Below are positions 8,797-19,077 of a stretch of DNA of 64,000 bases, in pieces. The translations under genes and the position numbers were made by a program. Source of the DNA: Ktedonobacterales bacterium. Lineage in GTDB: Bacteria > Chloroflexota > Ktedonobacteria > Ktedonobacterales > JADMIN01. Every line of letters begins with the position of its first letter. Position 1 is the first letter of the stretch. The stretch is taken from positions 9,805 through 73,804 of the forward strand of contig DASVZC010000114.1 of NCBI GenBank assembly GCA_036391835.1, in the 5' to 3' direction. The notes under the pieces were generated by a model. That model saw nothing but the letters and a program-made list of their open reading frames with translations. It was not told the DNA's origin and searched no databases.

Positions 8797-11151
8797 GTGT
8801 CGAGCGATACGCCCACGCCATCAACTACCGAGCAGACAGCGCAGAACGCCGAGTTCTTGCAGATCGATCAGCGCGAACTCGATGAGGTGGCGCTGAGTCG
8901 CCAGGAATATCAGTGGATCGTCGAGTTGATGGGCCGTGCGCCGAACCGGCTGGAACTGGGTCTCTTCGGCGCGATGTGGAGCGAGCACTGCGGATATAAG
9001 AATAGTCGCCCGCTGCTCAAGCGCTTCCCTTCGACCGGCTCGCGTGTGCTGCTGAAGGTTGGCGAGGAGAACGCGGGCGCAGTGGACATTGGTGATGGGC
9101 AAGCGGTCGTCTTCAAGATCGAGAGCCACAACCATCCCAGCGCCATCGAGCCGTATCAGGGCGCGGCCACGGGTGTCGGCGGCATCGTGCGCGACATCTT
9201 CACGATGGGCGCGCGTCCAGTCGCGCTGCTCGATTCGCTACGCTTCGGTCCACTGACCAATCCGCGTAATCGCTACCTCTTCCATGGCATTGTCGGCGGC
9301 GTCGGCGGCTACGGCAACTGCCTCGGCATCCCCACGGTCGGCGGCGAGATCTACTTCGATGAGTCGTACAGCGGCAATCCGCTGGTGAATGCGATGTGCG
9401 TCGGGCTGATCGAGACGGATAAGCTGGTTCCTGCGAAGGCATCGGGTGTGGGCAATCCCGTGCTGGTGGTAGGTGCGGCGACTGGGCGCGACGGCATCCA
9501 CGGCGCGACGTTCGCTTCGGTCGAACTGGACGAGTCGTCCGAAGAGCGGCGGCCCGCTGTGCAGGTGGGCGACCCCTTCACCGAGAAGTTGCTGATGGAG
9601 GCGTGCCTCGAACTGCGCGACAAGGGCTGGATCGTGGGAATGCAGGATCTTGGCGCCGCAGGTATGACGAGTTCTACCGTAGAGAGCGCGCACAAGGGCG
9701 GCGCTGGCCTCGATCTGGACGTACTGGAAGCGCCGCGCCGTGAGTCGGGCATGACCCCCTACGACATCATGCTCTCGGAGTCACAGGAGCGCATGCTGGT
9801 CGTCGCGAAGAAAGGTCACGAGGACGACGTCGCCAAACTGTTCGCCAAGTGGGGCTTGCGCTCCGCAGTCGTCGGCCACGTCATCGAAGAGCAGGTCATC
9901 CGTGTGCGCGAGGGCGCGAACGTGGTGGCCGAGATTCCGACTGAGTATCTGACGGACAAGACGCCGAGCTATGTGCGCACAGGTGTCGAGCCAGAAGAGT
10001 TGCGCGGACTGTGGGCGTTCGACTATGCCACGCTGCGCGACACACTTCCGACGCCAGGCGATGCGCTGCTGCGGCTGCTCGGTTCGCCAGATCTCTGCAG
10101 CCGCGAGGATGTCACGCGTACGTACGATACGATGGTCGGCACGAACACGGCAATTGGCCCGGGCAGCGACGCGGCGGTGCTGCGTGTGCCGCCTGCGGGC
10201 GAGGAATCGGTGGCGACTGACGGCAAGTTGAAGCTCCTGGCGATGGCGACCGATGGCAATGGCCGCTTGACCTACCTCGATCCGTTCAATGGCGGGGCGC
10301 TGGCGGTGGCCGAAGCGGCGCGCAACTGCGTCGTGACGGGCGCGCAACCACTGGCGCTGACAAACTGCCTGAACTTCGGCAATCCGGAGAAGCCGAGCGC
10401 GTACTATCAGATGGAGCGCGCGATCGATGGCATGGCGGCTGCGGCGCGCCAGTTGGAGACGCCAGTCATCTCTGGAAACGTCAGCCTCTACAACGAGAGC
10501 TTTGGTCAGGGCATCTTCCCTACACCCGTGGTGGGGATGGTCGGGCTGATCGAGGGGCGGCTGCCAACACCGAGCGCGTGGACTCGCGAGGGTGATGTGG
10601 TAGCGCTGCTGGGCCACTGGTCAGCGAAGGTGGGTGATCTGGGTGGCAGCGCCTATCTGGCGACAATTCACGAGAAGGTGGCTGGTCATCCGGCGATGCT
10701 GGACCTCGACCGTGAGCGCAACGTGCAGCGTCTGACGTTGGCGGGCATCGAGCGCGGCGACATCCGCTCGGCGCACGACTGCTCGGATGGTGGCCTGGCG
10801 GTGGCCCTGGCGGAATGCGCGATCTGGTCGGGTCTGGGGCTGCGCGGCGAGGCGTCACTGCCAGGCACGGCTGGCGAGGATGCGCTGGGAACGTTGGCGG
10901 CGCTCTACGGCGAGGCGCCATCGCGCATCATCGTCTCGGTGGCGCCGGAGCGCTACGAGGCGCTGGCGGCGCTGGCGGCTGAGCATCAGACGCCAATCAC
11001 GCGGCTTGGCGTCGTCGAGGGCGACCGCCTGACCTTCGCCTCAGCGGTCGACGTGGAGATCAATACGCTGCGCGACACGTGGCGCAATGGCCTGCGTGTG
11101 GCGCTGGGCGATGACACCGAGCAGGTCGCCGAAGCGCTCGCCGCCGACTAG
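8797..11151 (+). CDS. purL: Phosphoribosylformylglycinamidine synthase subunit PurL
   Basis: [39 protein letters not shown] and [16 protein letters not shown] 8797 lies 6 nt after AAGGAG. Confidence 0.93.
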   Translation: MSSDTPTPSTTEQTAQNAEFLQIDQRELDEVALSRQEYQWIVELMGRAPNRLELGLFGAMWSEHCGYKNSRPLLKRFPSTGSRVLLKVGEENAGAVDIGDGQAVVFKIESHNHPSAIEPYQGAATGVGGIVRDIFTMGARPVALLDSLRFGPLTNPRNRYLFHGIVGGVGGYGNCLGIPTVGGEIYFDESYSGNPLVNAMCVGLIETDKLVPAKASGVGNPVLVVGAATGRDGIHGATFASVELDESSEERRPAVQVGDPFTEKLLMEACLELRDKGWIVGMQDLGAAGMTSSTVESAHKGGAGLDLDVLEAPRRESGMTPYDIMLSESQERMLVVAKKGHEDDVAKLFAKWGLRSAVVGHVIEEQVIRVREGANVVAEIPTEYLTDKTPSYVRTGVEPEELRGLWAFDYATLRDTLPTPGDALLRLLGSPDLCSREDVTRTYDTMVGTNTAIGPGSDAAVLRVPPAGEESVATDGKLKLLAMATDGNGRLTYLDPFNGGALAVAEAARNCVVTGAQPLALTNCLNFGNPEKPSAYYQMERAIDGMAAAARQLETPVISGNVSLYNESFGQGIFPTPVVGMVGLIEGRLPTPSAWTREGDVVALLGHWSAKVGDLGGSAYLATIHEKVAGHPAMLDLDRERNVQRLTLAGIERGDIRSAHDCSDGGLAVALAECAIWSGLGLRGEASLPGTAGEDALGTLAALYGEAPSRIIVSVAPERYEALAALAAEHQTPITRLGVVEGDRLTFASAVDVEINTLRDTWRNGLRVALGDDTEQVAEALAAD

Positions 11152-11335
11152 GGCGAAATACCCAGACAGCGGCTGGCAATCCGGCGTAGCGTCGGCTGGC
11201 GGCTGAAGCCGCGCCTGGATGGCCTGCGGCCACGAAGCCTGCCTCCGCAGGCTCGCAGTCCAGACTGCGGAGGCGGCCTTTGTGCAGGCAATGTCATTAA
11301 CCGTCAGCACGCCAGCGCTGGATGGAGGCGCGGCC

Positions 11336-12580
11336 ATGTATTCAGGCGATGCCAACGAGCAAACGCCTGATCCGGCGCCAGTGGTCGGCTCAGGCGCACA
11401 GAACGACGACACGTGCCTCACTCCAGAGGCTGATGATGAGGAGGCGCTGCGCCTGCGCGTGGCGCTCGTGGCGCGGCTGCAAGAGACGCGAGCGCTGAGT
11501 GATCCAGCGGTGACGCGTGCGTTGCTGGCTGTGCCGCGCCACCGATTCCTGCCTGGCCACACGCTGGCCGAGGCATACGAGAACGTCGCGATCACGACGA
11601 GTTGGGAGCGCGGCGCTCCGGTCAGTTCCGTCTCGCAGCCGGAAATCGTCGCGCTGATGCTGGAGCAGTTGCGCGCCAAGCCGGGGATGCGTGTTCTGGA
11701 AGTGGGCGCGGGTTCTGGCTATAACGCCGCGCTGTTGGCGGAACTGGTTGGCCCAATGGGGAGTGTCGTCTCGATTGAGATCGACCAGGAATTGGCTGCC
11801 GATGCGGCTGAGCGACTGGCGGCGGCTGGCTATCCACTGGAGCGGGCAAGAATCGTCGCGGGCGATGGATGGCGCGGCTGGCCTGAAGGCGCGCCGTTCG
11901 ACCGCATCGAACTGACGGTGGGTTCGACCGATCTCAGCCCGGAGTGGTATCAGCAACTCGCCGAGGGCGGGCTGCTGGTGGCGCCACTCTGGCTGGGCGC
12001 CACGGATGTCAGCGTGGCGCTGCGGAAGCGGGCGGGGGCGCTCGTCAGCGAATCGTGGGCGCTCTGCGGCTTCGTGCGGCTGCGCGGCGAGGGCGCGGAA
12101 TCGGCGCATATCGCGCGACTCTCCGACCACCTGACGCTGACCGGGCCGAATGCGTATTCGCTGGCGCCCGAAATCAATGCGTTGCTCGGCGGGCGGCCGC
12201 GACGCATCTGGTGGGGCCAGCACAACGCCAACTTCATCCAGTATCTGGCGCTGGCGTCGGGGCGTATGCTCTCGCTCTGGCAGACGAACGGGCGTCATTC
12301 CACCAAGGCGCGGGGACGCTACCTGCTGTATATGGATGGGCCAGATGGCCCTTCGCTGGTCATCTTCCCCAATCGCGCGCCTGCATTGCTTGCCTTCGGA
12401 GGTTCGACTGCCGAGCGCTTCACCCGCGAGCAATACGAAGCCTATCGCCAGCGTGGCGCGCCGACCGTCGAACACTGGCGGCTGGTGGCGCATCCACTGC
12501 CCGCCGATCTCCCGGCGCCCGCGCCCGGCGTGACCCGGCTGACCAAGCCCCACTGGGTCTACGACATCTCAGCGGATTGA
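11336..12580 (+). CDS. Protein-L-isoaspartate O-methyltransferase (PIMT)-like methyltransferase with ~180-aa C-terminal domain
   Basis: PRHRFLP and SAM motif I VLEVGAGSGYNAALLAELVG, followed by an extra C-terminal domain. ATG 11336 lies 7 nt after GGAGG; in-frame upstream starts back to 11219 are possible. Confidence 0.8.
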   Translation: MYSGDANEQTPDPAPVVGSGAQNDDTCLTPEADDEEALRLRVALVARLQETRALSDPAVTRALLAVPRHRFLPGHTLAEAYENVAITTSWERGAPVSSVSQPEIVALMLEQLRAKPGMRVLEVGAGSGYNAALLAELVGPMGSVVSIEIDQELAADAAERLAAAGYPLERARIVAGDGWRGWPEGAPFDRIELTVGSTDLSPEWYQQLAEGGLLVAPLWLGATDVSVALRKRAGALVSESWALCGFVRLRGEGAESAHIARLSDHLTLTGPNAYSLAPEINALLGGRPRRIWWGQHNANFIQYLALASGRMLSLWQTNGRHSTKARGRYLLYMDGPDGPSLVIFPNRAPALLAFGGSTAERFTREQYEAYRQRGAPTVEHWRLVAHPLPADLPAPAPGVTRLTKPHWVYDISAD

Positions 12581-12611
12581 ACGACGAGACGCAGGACGCC
12601 TCCACGCGGAC

Positions 12612-13748
12612 TCACTGCGGCGCCTGGGACCCATCACTGATGCTGTCGAAAAAGAGGCGCTTGAGCAGAGATCGCCTACCGCGCACGCCTACTTTGTCGA
12701 AGATGTGGGAGAGGTGTTCTTGCACGGTATATTCGGTAACATAAAGCGCCTTCGCGATCTCGCGCGTCGCCAGGCCATGCGCTACCAGTTCCACCACCTC
12801 TTGCTCGCGGGGAGTCAGATTGTAGGCAGTTCGGCGCAGCCAGGTGGCCTCGTGTGGTCCGAGTGGCTCGATCAGCACCATGGTCAGGGGCGGCGTGTCA
12901 CCTTGCGCGAGCGCGGCATCAGCCACCAGCGACAACCACCGACCCGAAGACGTTTGGACGCTGATTCGCGGAATACGCAGCGTATCTGCCTCGGACGAAG
13001 GCGCCAGCGATTGCCCGAGAGCACGCAAGAGCACGCGAACTGAGAGGGGCAATCGTGTGGCATCGTCTCGGTCGCTGGCGGGCCAGCCCAGCTCGCGCAG
13101 CCAGCGTTCGGCGGCGCTGGTGCAACTGACGATGCGCTGGCGTTGGTCGAGCGTGAGCATGCCTGGCATATCTCCCGGCAGCTCTGTGCTAGGCAAAGCG
13201 CCCACATCGGTCAGGCCACGCAACGCTGCCGACTTCAGGCCGACGCCCAGGTGTGGGGTTATCCGCGTCAGGAGCGCGACCTCGTCTGCGTCAAAGTCGG
13301 CGCGTTTGCGGTCGCGTGTGAGTTCCAACCCACCCCAGAGCTCCTGCCGGGTCATGAAGACACAGCGCGCCTGGTGCGCGTGGCCACGTGGCCGCAGGAT
13401 TTCCCGATAGCAGAGCGAACGGTCGAGATGGCCCCCAACGCCATCCGATAAGAGCGCGACCGGGCGTCGGCTGCGCACAATCCAGGTGTATTCGTTGATG
13501 TCGTCCTCAAAGCACACTTGCTGGATGAAGTGATCCAGCTCACTGAGTGTTCGCTCTCCGCCAAAGATGGTATGTGTGAAAAATTGGCTGATGGGATCAG
13601 CGGTAAAGCAGCAGTACGCGTCGAACTCCAGCCCCTGGCCCAGCCGCTCAACTGCCGCACTGCGCAGGGATTCCCCATCGAGACCGGCATAGCACAGCCT
13701 CTGGATATCGCGCGCGATGCGAGCAAAATCGCGCTGCTGAGCATCCAT
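12612..13748 (-). CDS. LuxR family transcriptional regulator with N-terminal GAF-like sensory region
   Basis: C-terminal HTH LTPREQEVVELVAHGLATREIAKALYVTEYTVQEHLSHIFDKVGV. Trimmed to ATG 13748. Confidence 0.85.
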   Translation of the reverse strand: MDAQQRDFARIARDIQRLCYAGLDGESLRSAAVERLGQGLEFDAYCCFTADPISQFFTHTIFGGERTLSELDHFIQQVCFEDDINEYTWIVRSRRPVALLSDGVGGHLDRSLCYREILRPRGHAHQARCVFMTRQELWGGLELTRDRKRADFDADEVALLTRITPHLGVGLKSAALRGLTDVGALPSTELPGDMPGMLTLDQRQRIVSCTSAAERWLRELGWPASDRDDATRLPLSVRVLLRALGQSLAPSSEADTLRIPRISVQTSSGRWLSLVADAALAQGDTPPLTMVLIEPLGPHEATWLRRTAYNLTPREQEVVELVAHGLATREIAKALYVTEYTVQEHLSHIFDKVGVRGRRSLLKRLFFDSISDGSQAPQ

Positions 13749-13849
13749 CGCGATACACCCTTTCCGCAGCACTGCAGAAGACGATGGGGCTTTGGCCGAT
13801 GCGCTGTGAAATACCCCAGCTTTCTGGGATAGGCAACGCACACATCCGT

Positions 13850-13858
13850 TGCTAGAGT
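13850..13858 (+). promoter_or_regulatory. Candidate extended -10 promoter (TGCTAGAGT)
   Basis: TGnTAnnnT about 72 nt upstream of ATG 13930. Confidence 0.3.
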
Positions 13859-13929
13859 CTACTACAGAATGTGGTGGGGTCGCGCAAGGCGGCTCTTGCC
13901 CAGCGTTGGCGTGCCGAAGAGGTGAACGC

Positions 13930-14214
13930 ATGGTCATTTTGCGGATTGAACATCGCGTCCCCGATTATGAGGGGTGGAAACGCGCTTTCGACAGTGATCC
14001 GGCTGACAGAAAAGGGTCTGGCGTCCGGCGCTACACGATTCTCCGCGGACTGGATGATGCCAACGATGTCATGATTGACCTTGAGTTCGACACGAAGCCT
14101 GAGGCCGATGCGCTGCTCGCCACGATGCGCCGGGTGTGGGAGCGAGTCGAGGGAACGGTCATGTGGAATCCGCAAGCCAGGATAGTCGAGGTAGCGGAGC
14201 ATCATGAACTGTGA
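13930..14214 (+). CDS. Conserved hypothetical 94-aa protein (paralog of 61007-61291)
   Basis: ATG 13930 lies after GAGGTGA. MVILRIEHRVPDYEGWKRAFDSDPADRKG.... Hand alignment gives 54/94 identical residues, ungapped, to the second copy. Confidence 0.7.
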   Translation: MVILRIEHRVPDYEGWKRAFDSDPADRKGSGVRRYTILRGLDDANDVMIDLEFDTKPEADALLATMRRVWERVEGTVMWNPQARIVEVAEHHEL

Positions 14215-14374
14215 CGGAACAGGCGGGCGCAATCCGATGTCAGCGCAGTGAGCGATGTTCAAAACAGTTGCGCGCCAATTCTGCTTATCAGCTATGCGTA
14301 CGTACGCCTGCGCACTCCTCCGTGTCGATCGGATGATCGGCTTCTAGAGTCAAACTCACTGTGAGAGGTGGATC

Positions 14375-14965
14375 ATGGAGCGTACTCTACTTTGGTATCA
14401 TCTCGCGTTGTTTCTGCATCTGTGCGCGCTGCTGGCGGCGATGAGTGCGTCAGGTATCTCCCACTTCGCTGACGTGCGCATGGGAAAAGCGCGCACGTCA
14501 GCTGAACTCCTTGAGTGGGCCACAATCATCAGCAGGGCGGGTCAGGTCTTTCCAGTCGTGCTTCTGACGCTGGTCGCGACGGGCGCCTATATGGTGTCCC
14601 CATTGTGGACCTGGAACACAGGTTGGGTAGACACGGCGTTTGGCGGCGTTGTCGTGCTATTTGTCGGCGGCATCATTACTGGCGTCCGGAACAAGGCCCT
14701 TCAGCGCGCACTGGCAGGCGACCCCGCCGCGCCCATCAGCGCACAGGCGCGGCAGATGGCAGACAACCTGCTCACTCGGGCTTTGTCGTATGGCAACACT
14801 GGGTTGGCGATTGGTATTGTCTTCATCATGGTGAATAAGCCTAACCTGTTGGGCTCGATCCTGTCGGTCGTCGTGGCATACACGATTGGCGTGGCGCTCG
14901 CCAACATGCTCGGCCGCAGCGCGGCTGCGGCGAAGTCGCAGGTGAAGGAATCGGGCGCGCAATAG
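14375..14965 (+). CDS. Hypothetical integral membrane protein
   Basis: GAGGTGG Shine-Dalgarno sequence and 4-5 hydrophobic helices. No recognisable catalytic motif. Confidence 0.65.
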   Translation: MERTLLWYHLALFLHLCALLAAMSASGISHFADVRMGKARTSAELLEWATIISRAGQVFPVVLLTLVATGAYMVSPLWTWNTGWVDTAFGGVVVLFVGGIITGVRNKALQRALAGDPAAPISAQARQMADNLLTRALSYGNTGLAIGIVFIMVNKPNLLGSILSVVVAYTIGVALANMLGRSAAAAKSQVKESGAQ

Positions 14966-15000
14966 GGTAGCCTCGACTGGTTCCGACAGCATGCAAAAAA

Positions 15001-15028
15001 CGCCCCTCTCCTGGCTGGGAGAGGGGCG
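15001..15028 (-). terminator. Intrinsic terminator hairpin (11-bp stem) for the minus-strand TPR gene; may act bidirectionally
   Basis: cgcccctctcc / tggctg / ggagaggggcg. It is preceded on the + strand by AAAAAA (14995-15000), which is a U-run on the minus strand. It sits between convergent genes. Confidence 0.65.
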
Positions 15029-15042
15029 CAATCTAGCTCGCT

Positions 15043-16293
15043 CTAGCTCGCTGCGCGTCCGCCGCCGTAGCGATTTAGCAGCATTGGCCACCCGTAGGCC
15101 GCCAACGATGCGAGAATCGCGCCGACGACGCCCGCGATCGTGACGCTCGTTTCGGTGAAGAGCGGCGGATTGTGGACGCCAATGCTGGTGATCAGGCGAA
15201 CCAGGAATAGCGTGACACCGGCGCCCAGGATGAACGCGGCGATAATCGCTGGAATCGTCGTGACCCACTGCGCGGGATTCGATGGCAGGATGCTCCCATT
15301 TATTTGGCGCACGCTGGCGAGGCCGAGGACCAGCACCGCGATGGTGATGAGTCCGGCGGCGATCCACTGGCCCGCGACGGGAATCAGCGAGATGGCGTAG
15401 ACGATGGCGAGGGCGATGGCCAGCACGACGCCGAGCATCACGTATGGGCCACGCTCACCGAAGAAGCCGAGGAACACCATATTCGCCCCAGCGAGCGGGG
15501 CAGCCAGGAATTTGGCGCGACCTGCCGACTGCTGCGCTTCAAGATGTGTGCGATACGACTCACCGTATTTGCGCTGCTTGAAGAGGATGCGTCCGCGGAG
15601 GCTCTGCGTCTGCGCCCCACCGAGCAGTGGATTGCCCTTCTCGGCGGCGTTGAGCGCCGTCAGCGCCTCATCATAACGCTTCACTTCGATCAACGCATTC
15701 GCGCGAACATATTCGGCCTGGGGCAGCTGCTTCTCGCGGTCGAAACGAATCGCGGAGTCAGCGGCGGCGACGGCGCCGTTGTAGTCTTTCTGGCGCATGA
15801 GGGTCAGCGCTTTGATGAAGTAGCCAGAGGGGCCGCGTGGCTCCAGCTTGATCGCCTCGTCCGCAGCCATGAGCGCGCCGACGTTGTCGTTGTTCGATGC
15901 CAGCACTTCGGCGAGTTGCACACGGGCGCGGGCCATCTTCGGCTGAAGCTGCACGGCGCGCTTGGCGGCTGTCTCGGCTTCGGCAGGCACGCGGAAACGC
16001 CCCTTCTGCAGCAGCGTGGCGGAGAGGGTCATGTGCGCATCGGCATTGGTGGGAGCGTCGCGGGTGGCTCGGCGCGCCTCGGCGATAGCTTCGTCCACCT
16101 GGCGCATCTGGAGCAGCGCCTGCGCGAGCAATACACGAGCGGCGGCGTCATCGGGCGAGCGTTCGAGGCGCTTGCGGGCGATGCGTTCCGCTTCATCGGG
16201 ACGGCCCAACGCCATCGCATAGCGCGCCTTACCGAGCGGGCCACCTGGAATCACGCCCTGTGAGCCAGCCCCGCGATTCATCATGCGGTTCAT
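15043..16293 (-). CDS. TPR repeat protein with C-terminal multi-TM region
   Basis: Repeated 34-aa TPR-like helices (ALGRPDEAERIARKRLE..., LLQMRQVDEAIAEARRA...) followed by 4-5 hydrophobic helices. Confidence 0.8.
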   Translation of the reverse strand: MNRMMNRGAGSQGVIPGGPLGKARYAMALGRPDEAERIARKRLERSPDDAAARVLLAQALLQMRQVDEAIAEARRATRDAPTNADAHMTLSATLLQKGRFRVPAEAETAAKRAVQLQPKMARARVQLAEVLASNNDNVGALMAADEAIKLEPRGPSGYFIKALTLMRQKDYNGAVAAADSAIRFDREKQLPQAEYVRANALIEVKRYDEALTALNAAEKGNPLLGGAQTQSLRGRILFKQRKYGESYRTHLEAQQSAGRAKFLAAPLAGANMVFLGFFGERGPYVMLGVVLAIALAIVYAISLIPVAGQWIAAGLITIAVLVLGLASVRQINGSILPSNPAQWVTTIPAIIAAFILGAGVTLFLVRLITSIGVHNPPLFTETSVTIAGVVGAILASLAAYGWPMLLNRYGGGRAAS

Positions 16294-16676
16294 ATCGAGA
16301 TCAATCCTTTACCCTGCTCGCGCCAACCAACGCGCCGCGGGGTCGTAGTGTGCACACATGCCGGGACCGCCTGTAGCTCAGGCGAATGATGCCATAACAT
16401 TAGTATACACCCAGTCAGCGCGCATGGCGTACAAGCGCCCCCAAGTGGATGCGGGCGGACGGAGAGATGGCAGGCGTGCAACACCAGCCGGCGCCCGCAG
16501 CGAACACGCCTTAAAGACCAGACAAAACACCACGACCCTCATCCACCCCCCCGCCTGTGAACAGTGGATAACCTGTCCATTCGCGTGGACAAGTGACGGT
16601 GAATGTGGAAAACTTGTTCTAGTTGCACAGGTCGGGCGAAGAGCGTGAAGTGGCGTTCGCAAGTGATGTCTGACGC

Positions 16677-17582
16677 CTACTCTGAAGGCTCGATCGTCTC
16701 TTCCGATAATTCCCACAGCCCGCCGTCAGGCTCTCGAAGGAGATTGCGCGAACTCACGACAACGCGGCCTGTCGCCGCCTCGATCTGCCGTCTCGTATCA
16801 CCGACGATCTTTCCCGCCACATCCACATCGTCGCTGATCTGTTTGAAGCCTTGCGAGTCATTCGAGACGTGTAGTTCCCGTGCAACGGTGCTCGCCAAGG
16901 CATTCAGGGCAAGCTCCGTCGCCGTCATCGCTGGCGGCAGATCTCCCTTATACAGGGGCTTCCTTCCGCGATAGGTAACCGCGAACTCCTTGAGCGCTTT
17001 GTGATCGGCAACCTTGAGCCCAAACGCGCCCATGTGCAGCCGATCGGTGAGGATGGGATACTCTTTCTCCGCGATACCACGCACATTCCACTCATGCGTC
17101 AGGGCATTGCGGGCGGCGATATCGTCCACGCGTCGCTCGGCCCACTCGGCGCTGTAGCCATGCGCCATGTAGGACAGGATAGCGCGTCGCCGCCACTCCC
17201 GATAGGCTAACTCGGGGTCAAGGAGCTGCTCTGCGTCATCGACTCGATCCGAGAAATAGGTGCGCGCCTGGGCTGCTATGGAGCCGGTTGTTTGCGCCGT
17301 CATCGTGATCAGGCGGCACGCATAGCGGGTAAGACGGTAGTCCTTTCCTGGTCTGCCAGCCGACTTCGCAGCATTTTTAGCCTTGGGGTTAAAATTCTCC
17401 CCTACATTACGGCCTGCCTTGGCGCAATCGGTCATCGCCCGCTGGATGGCTTCTTCGAACCGCTGCCAGCTGCTGTATTCGAGCAGCGGCATCAATTCGC
17501 GAGCGGTCCAGAAATCACCCGCCTCGTCAGTGTGACGGATCGCTTCAAAGGGACTGGTGGGAGCCGGAATCATGTCATCCAT
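16677..17582 (-). CDS. dinD: DNA damage-inducible protein D (DinD)-like
   Basis: Collinear with E. coli DinD as I recall it: FEAIRH...FWTARELMPLLEYSSWQRFEEAIQRA..C, YRLTRYACRLI, AQARTYF, TATELALNA. AGGAG lies 9 nt upstream of ATG 17582. Confidence 0.75.
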   Translation of the reverse strand: MDDMIPAPTSPFEAIRHTDEAGDFWTARELMPLLEYSSWQRFEEAIQRAMTDCAKAGRNVGENFNPKAKNAAKSAGRPGKDYRLTRYACRLITMTAQTTGSIAAQARTYFSDRVDDAEQLLDPELAYREWRRRAILSYMAHGYSAEWAERRVDDIAARNALTHEWNVRGIAEKEYPILTDRLHMGAFGLKVADHKALKEFAVTYRGRKPLYKGDLPPAMTATELALNALASTVARELHVSNDSQGFKQISDDVDVAGKIVGDTRRQIEAATGRVVVSSRNLLREPDGGLWELSEETIEPSE

Positions 17583-17733
17583 CGTGTCATGCTCCTAGCG
17601 CGAGGCGTGGTGATCTGTACGATTAACCTACTTCCCGTGCATTATGCTAGACCATTGCTAAGGACGACAAGCTAGCGAAAAATACCTGATACGCCTCTCT
17701 TCCGGAGGGAAGAATGCAGCGTCAGAATGCGGG

Positions 17734-19029
17734 TCAGATGCGGCGGCGGCTCTTGCTGAGGGCTTTGCGCGAGAAGCTGAGGCTCAGGCCCTCGCGCAAA
17801 GCGAATTCTTGGTAGAGCGCGTAGAACTGCATGCGGTCGGGCGCCGAGATGACAGCGACTGCGTCCGCCGCTTCGATGGAGTAGGGATAGCCCGTTCCAG
17901 CGATCACCTCCGAACGGACGACATCCATCACGCGGTCGAGCAGGCCCGCATCTAGCACCCAGCGCGGAAATTCGATGCGCGCAGGCGGTCGGTCGAGCGC
18001 GGCCTGGAAGTAGACGAAACAGACCTCGTCGCTCGCGTTGTAGCCCACGCGCTCCACATCGTAGCGCGCGGAGACGAAGGCAGGCGTGCGGTCACCCCAA
18101 CCCAGTTCGCCGCGCCAGAGCAACGCATCGCTCACTCCGCCAACCGCGCCAGATCGCGTGTCGGGGCGTGTCTGGTCGTCAGCGAGGGCGCGCAACATCG
18201 CCACGATGTCGCGGGCATAGCTCGTGTCGATGTAGCCGATCAGCGGCACACCGCAGCGCTGCGACGCCTCCAGCATGCTGCGAGATGCGTTCACATAGCG
18301 CTCGCGGTAGGGCGGCGGCGACTTCAACGCGAAGGAGACGAGCAGGCTGCCATCGTAGAAGGCAATGACCAGCGGGGAGACCTCCCCATGCGCCTCGGCC
18401 TCCGCGCGGCGCTGCTGGTGGCGCTCCATCCGCTCGATGACGGTCTTCGTCTCCAACTCGAATCGGCGCAACTGGACGTAGCGATTGGAGTAGCCGATGT
18501 CGTCACCACTCCGGGTATCGAATTCGTCGGGCGCATCGCCTGTCAACTCTTCTGGCGTGAGCAACTCAACCACGACGTCTTTGATGTAGGGCTGCGGCGG
18601 CTGATGCGGATTCTCGAAAAGGCCCGCCTGAACCAGAGCAATGGGCGCAGAGGCATCGCGCCAGGGCGGAAGCTGGCTGCCATCCACCGCGAAGGTCGTG
18701 ACGCCGCGCACACGCTCCGCCCACGAATGCGACTCCTCGTGGCTGGCGAAACGCTCGCCAAACCGCAGCGTGGGGAAGCGCTCCGTGGTCGCCGCCCAAC
18801 GGTCATATTCCGGCGTCGGCAATGCGCCGGACGGCTGCTCGGGCTCCGGCTGCCGCGCCTGCCGTTCGCGCTGAGCAGCATCGAGCAGCACGGCAGTGGG
18901 ATAGCGTTGGCGCAGGCTGGCGAGCGCCGCACAGGAGTCGTTCAAACGGTCACCGTGCCGCGCCTGGTAGCTCAACAGCGACTCACGATGTCGCGCCATC
19001 TCCTCACGCAACTTGCCTGTATGCAGCAT
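17734..19029 (-). CDS. NurA-domain 5'-3' nuclease
   Basis: NurA hallmarks: TFAVDGSQ (catalytic Asp), PLIGYIDTSYARD, GYPYSIEAADAVAVIS. GAGGAG lies 8 nt upstream of ATG 19029. Confidence 0.8.
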   Translation of the reverse strand: MLHTGKLREEMARHRESLLSYQARHGDRLNDSCAALASLRQRYPTAVLLDAAQRERQARQPEPEQPSGALPTPEYDRWAATTERFPTLRFGERFASHEESHSWAERVRGVTTFAVDGSQLPPWRDASAPIALVQAGLFENPHQPPQPYIKDVVVELLTPEELTGDAPDEFDTRSGDDIGYSNRYVQLRRFELETKTVIERMERHQQRRAEAEAHGEVSPLVIAFYDGSLLVSFALKSPPPYRERYVNASRSMLEASQRCGVPLIGYIDTSYARDIVAMLRALADDQTRPDTRSGAVGGVSDALLWRGELGWGDRTPAFVSARYDVERVGYNASDEVCFVYFQAALDRPPARIEFPRWVLDAGLLDRVMDVVRSEVIAGTGYPYSIEAADAVAVISAPDRMQFYALYQEFALREGLSLSFSRKALSKSRRRI

Positions 19030-19077
19030 CGCGCTCGCTCCTCGCTATTTCAAGCACTCGGCTCGCCCTGCCCCACT

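Noticed and set aside
9781-12553. Minus-strand ORFs 9781-10617 (278 aa) and 11390-12553 (387 aa)
   Set aside because: They are antisense to purL and the PIMT-like gene. Their composition is Arg-rich and junk-like.
16294-16676. Replication origin (oriC), considered because of the DnaA-box-like motifs
   Set aside because: There are only three imperfect boxes. No AT-rich unwinding element and no dnaA, dnaN or gid neighbours were recognised.
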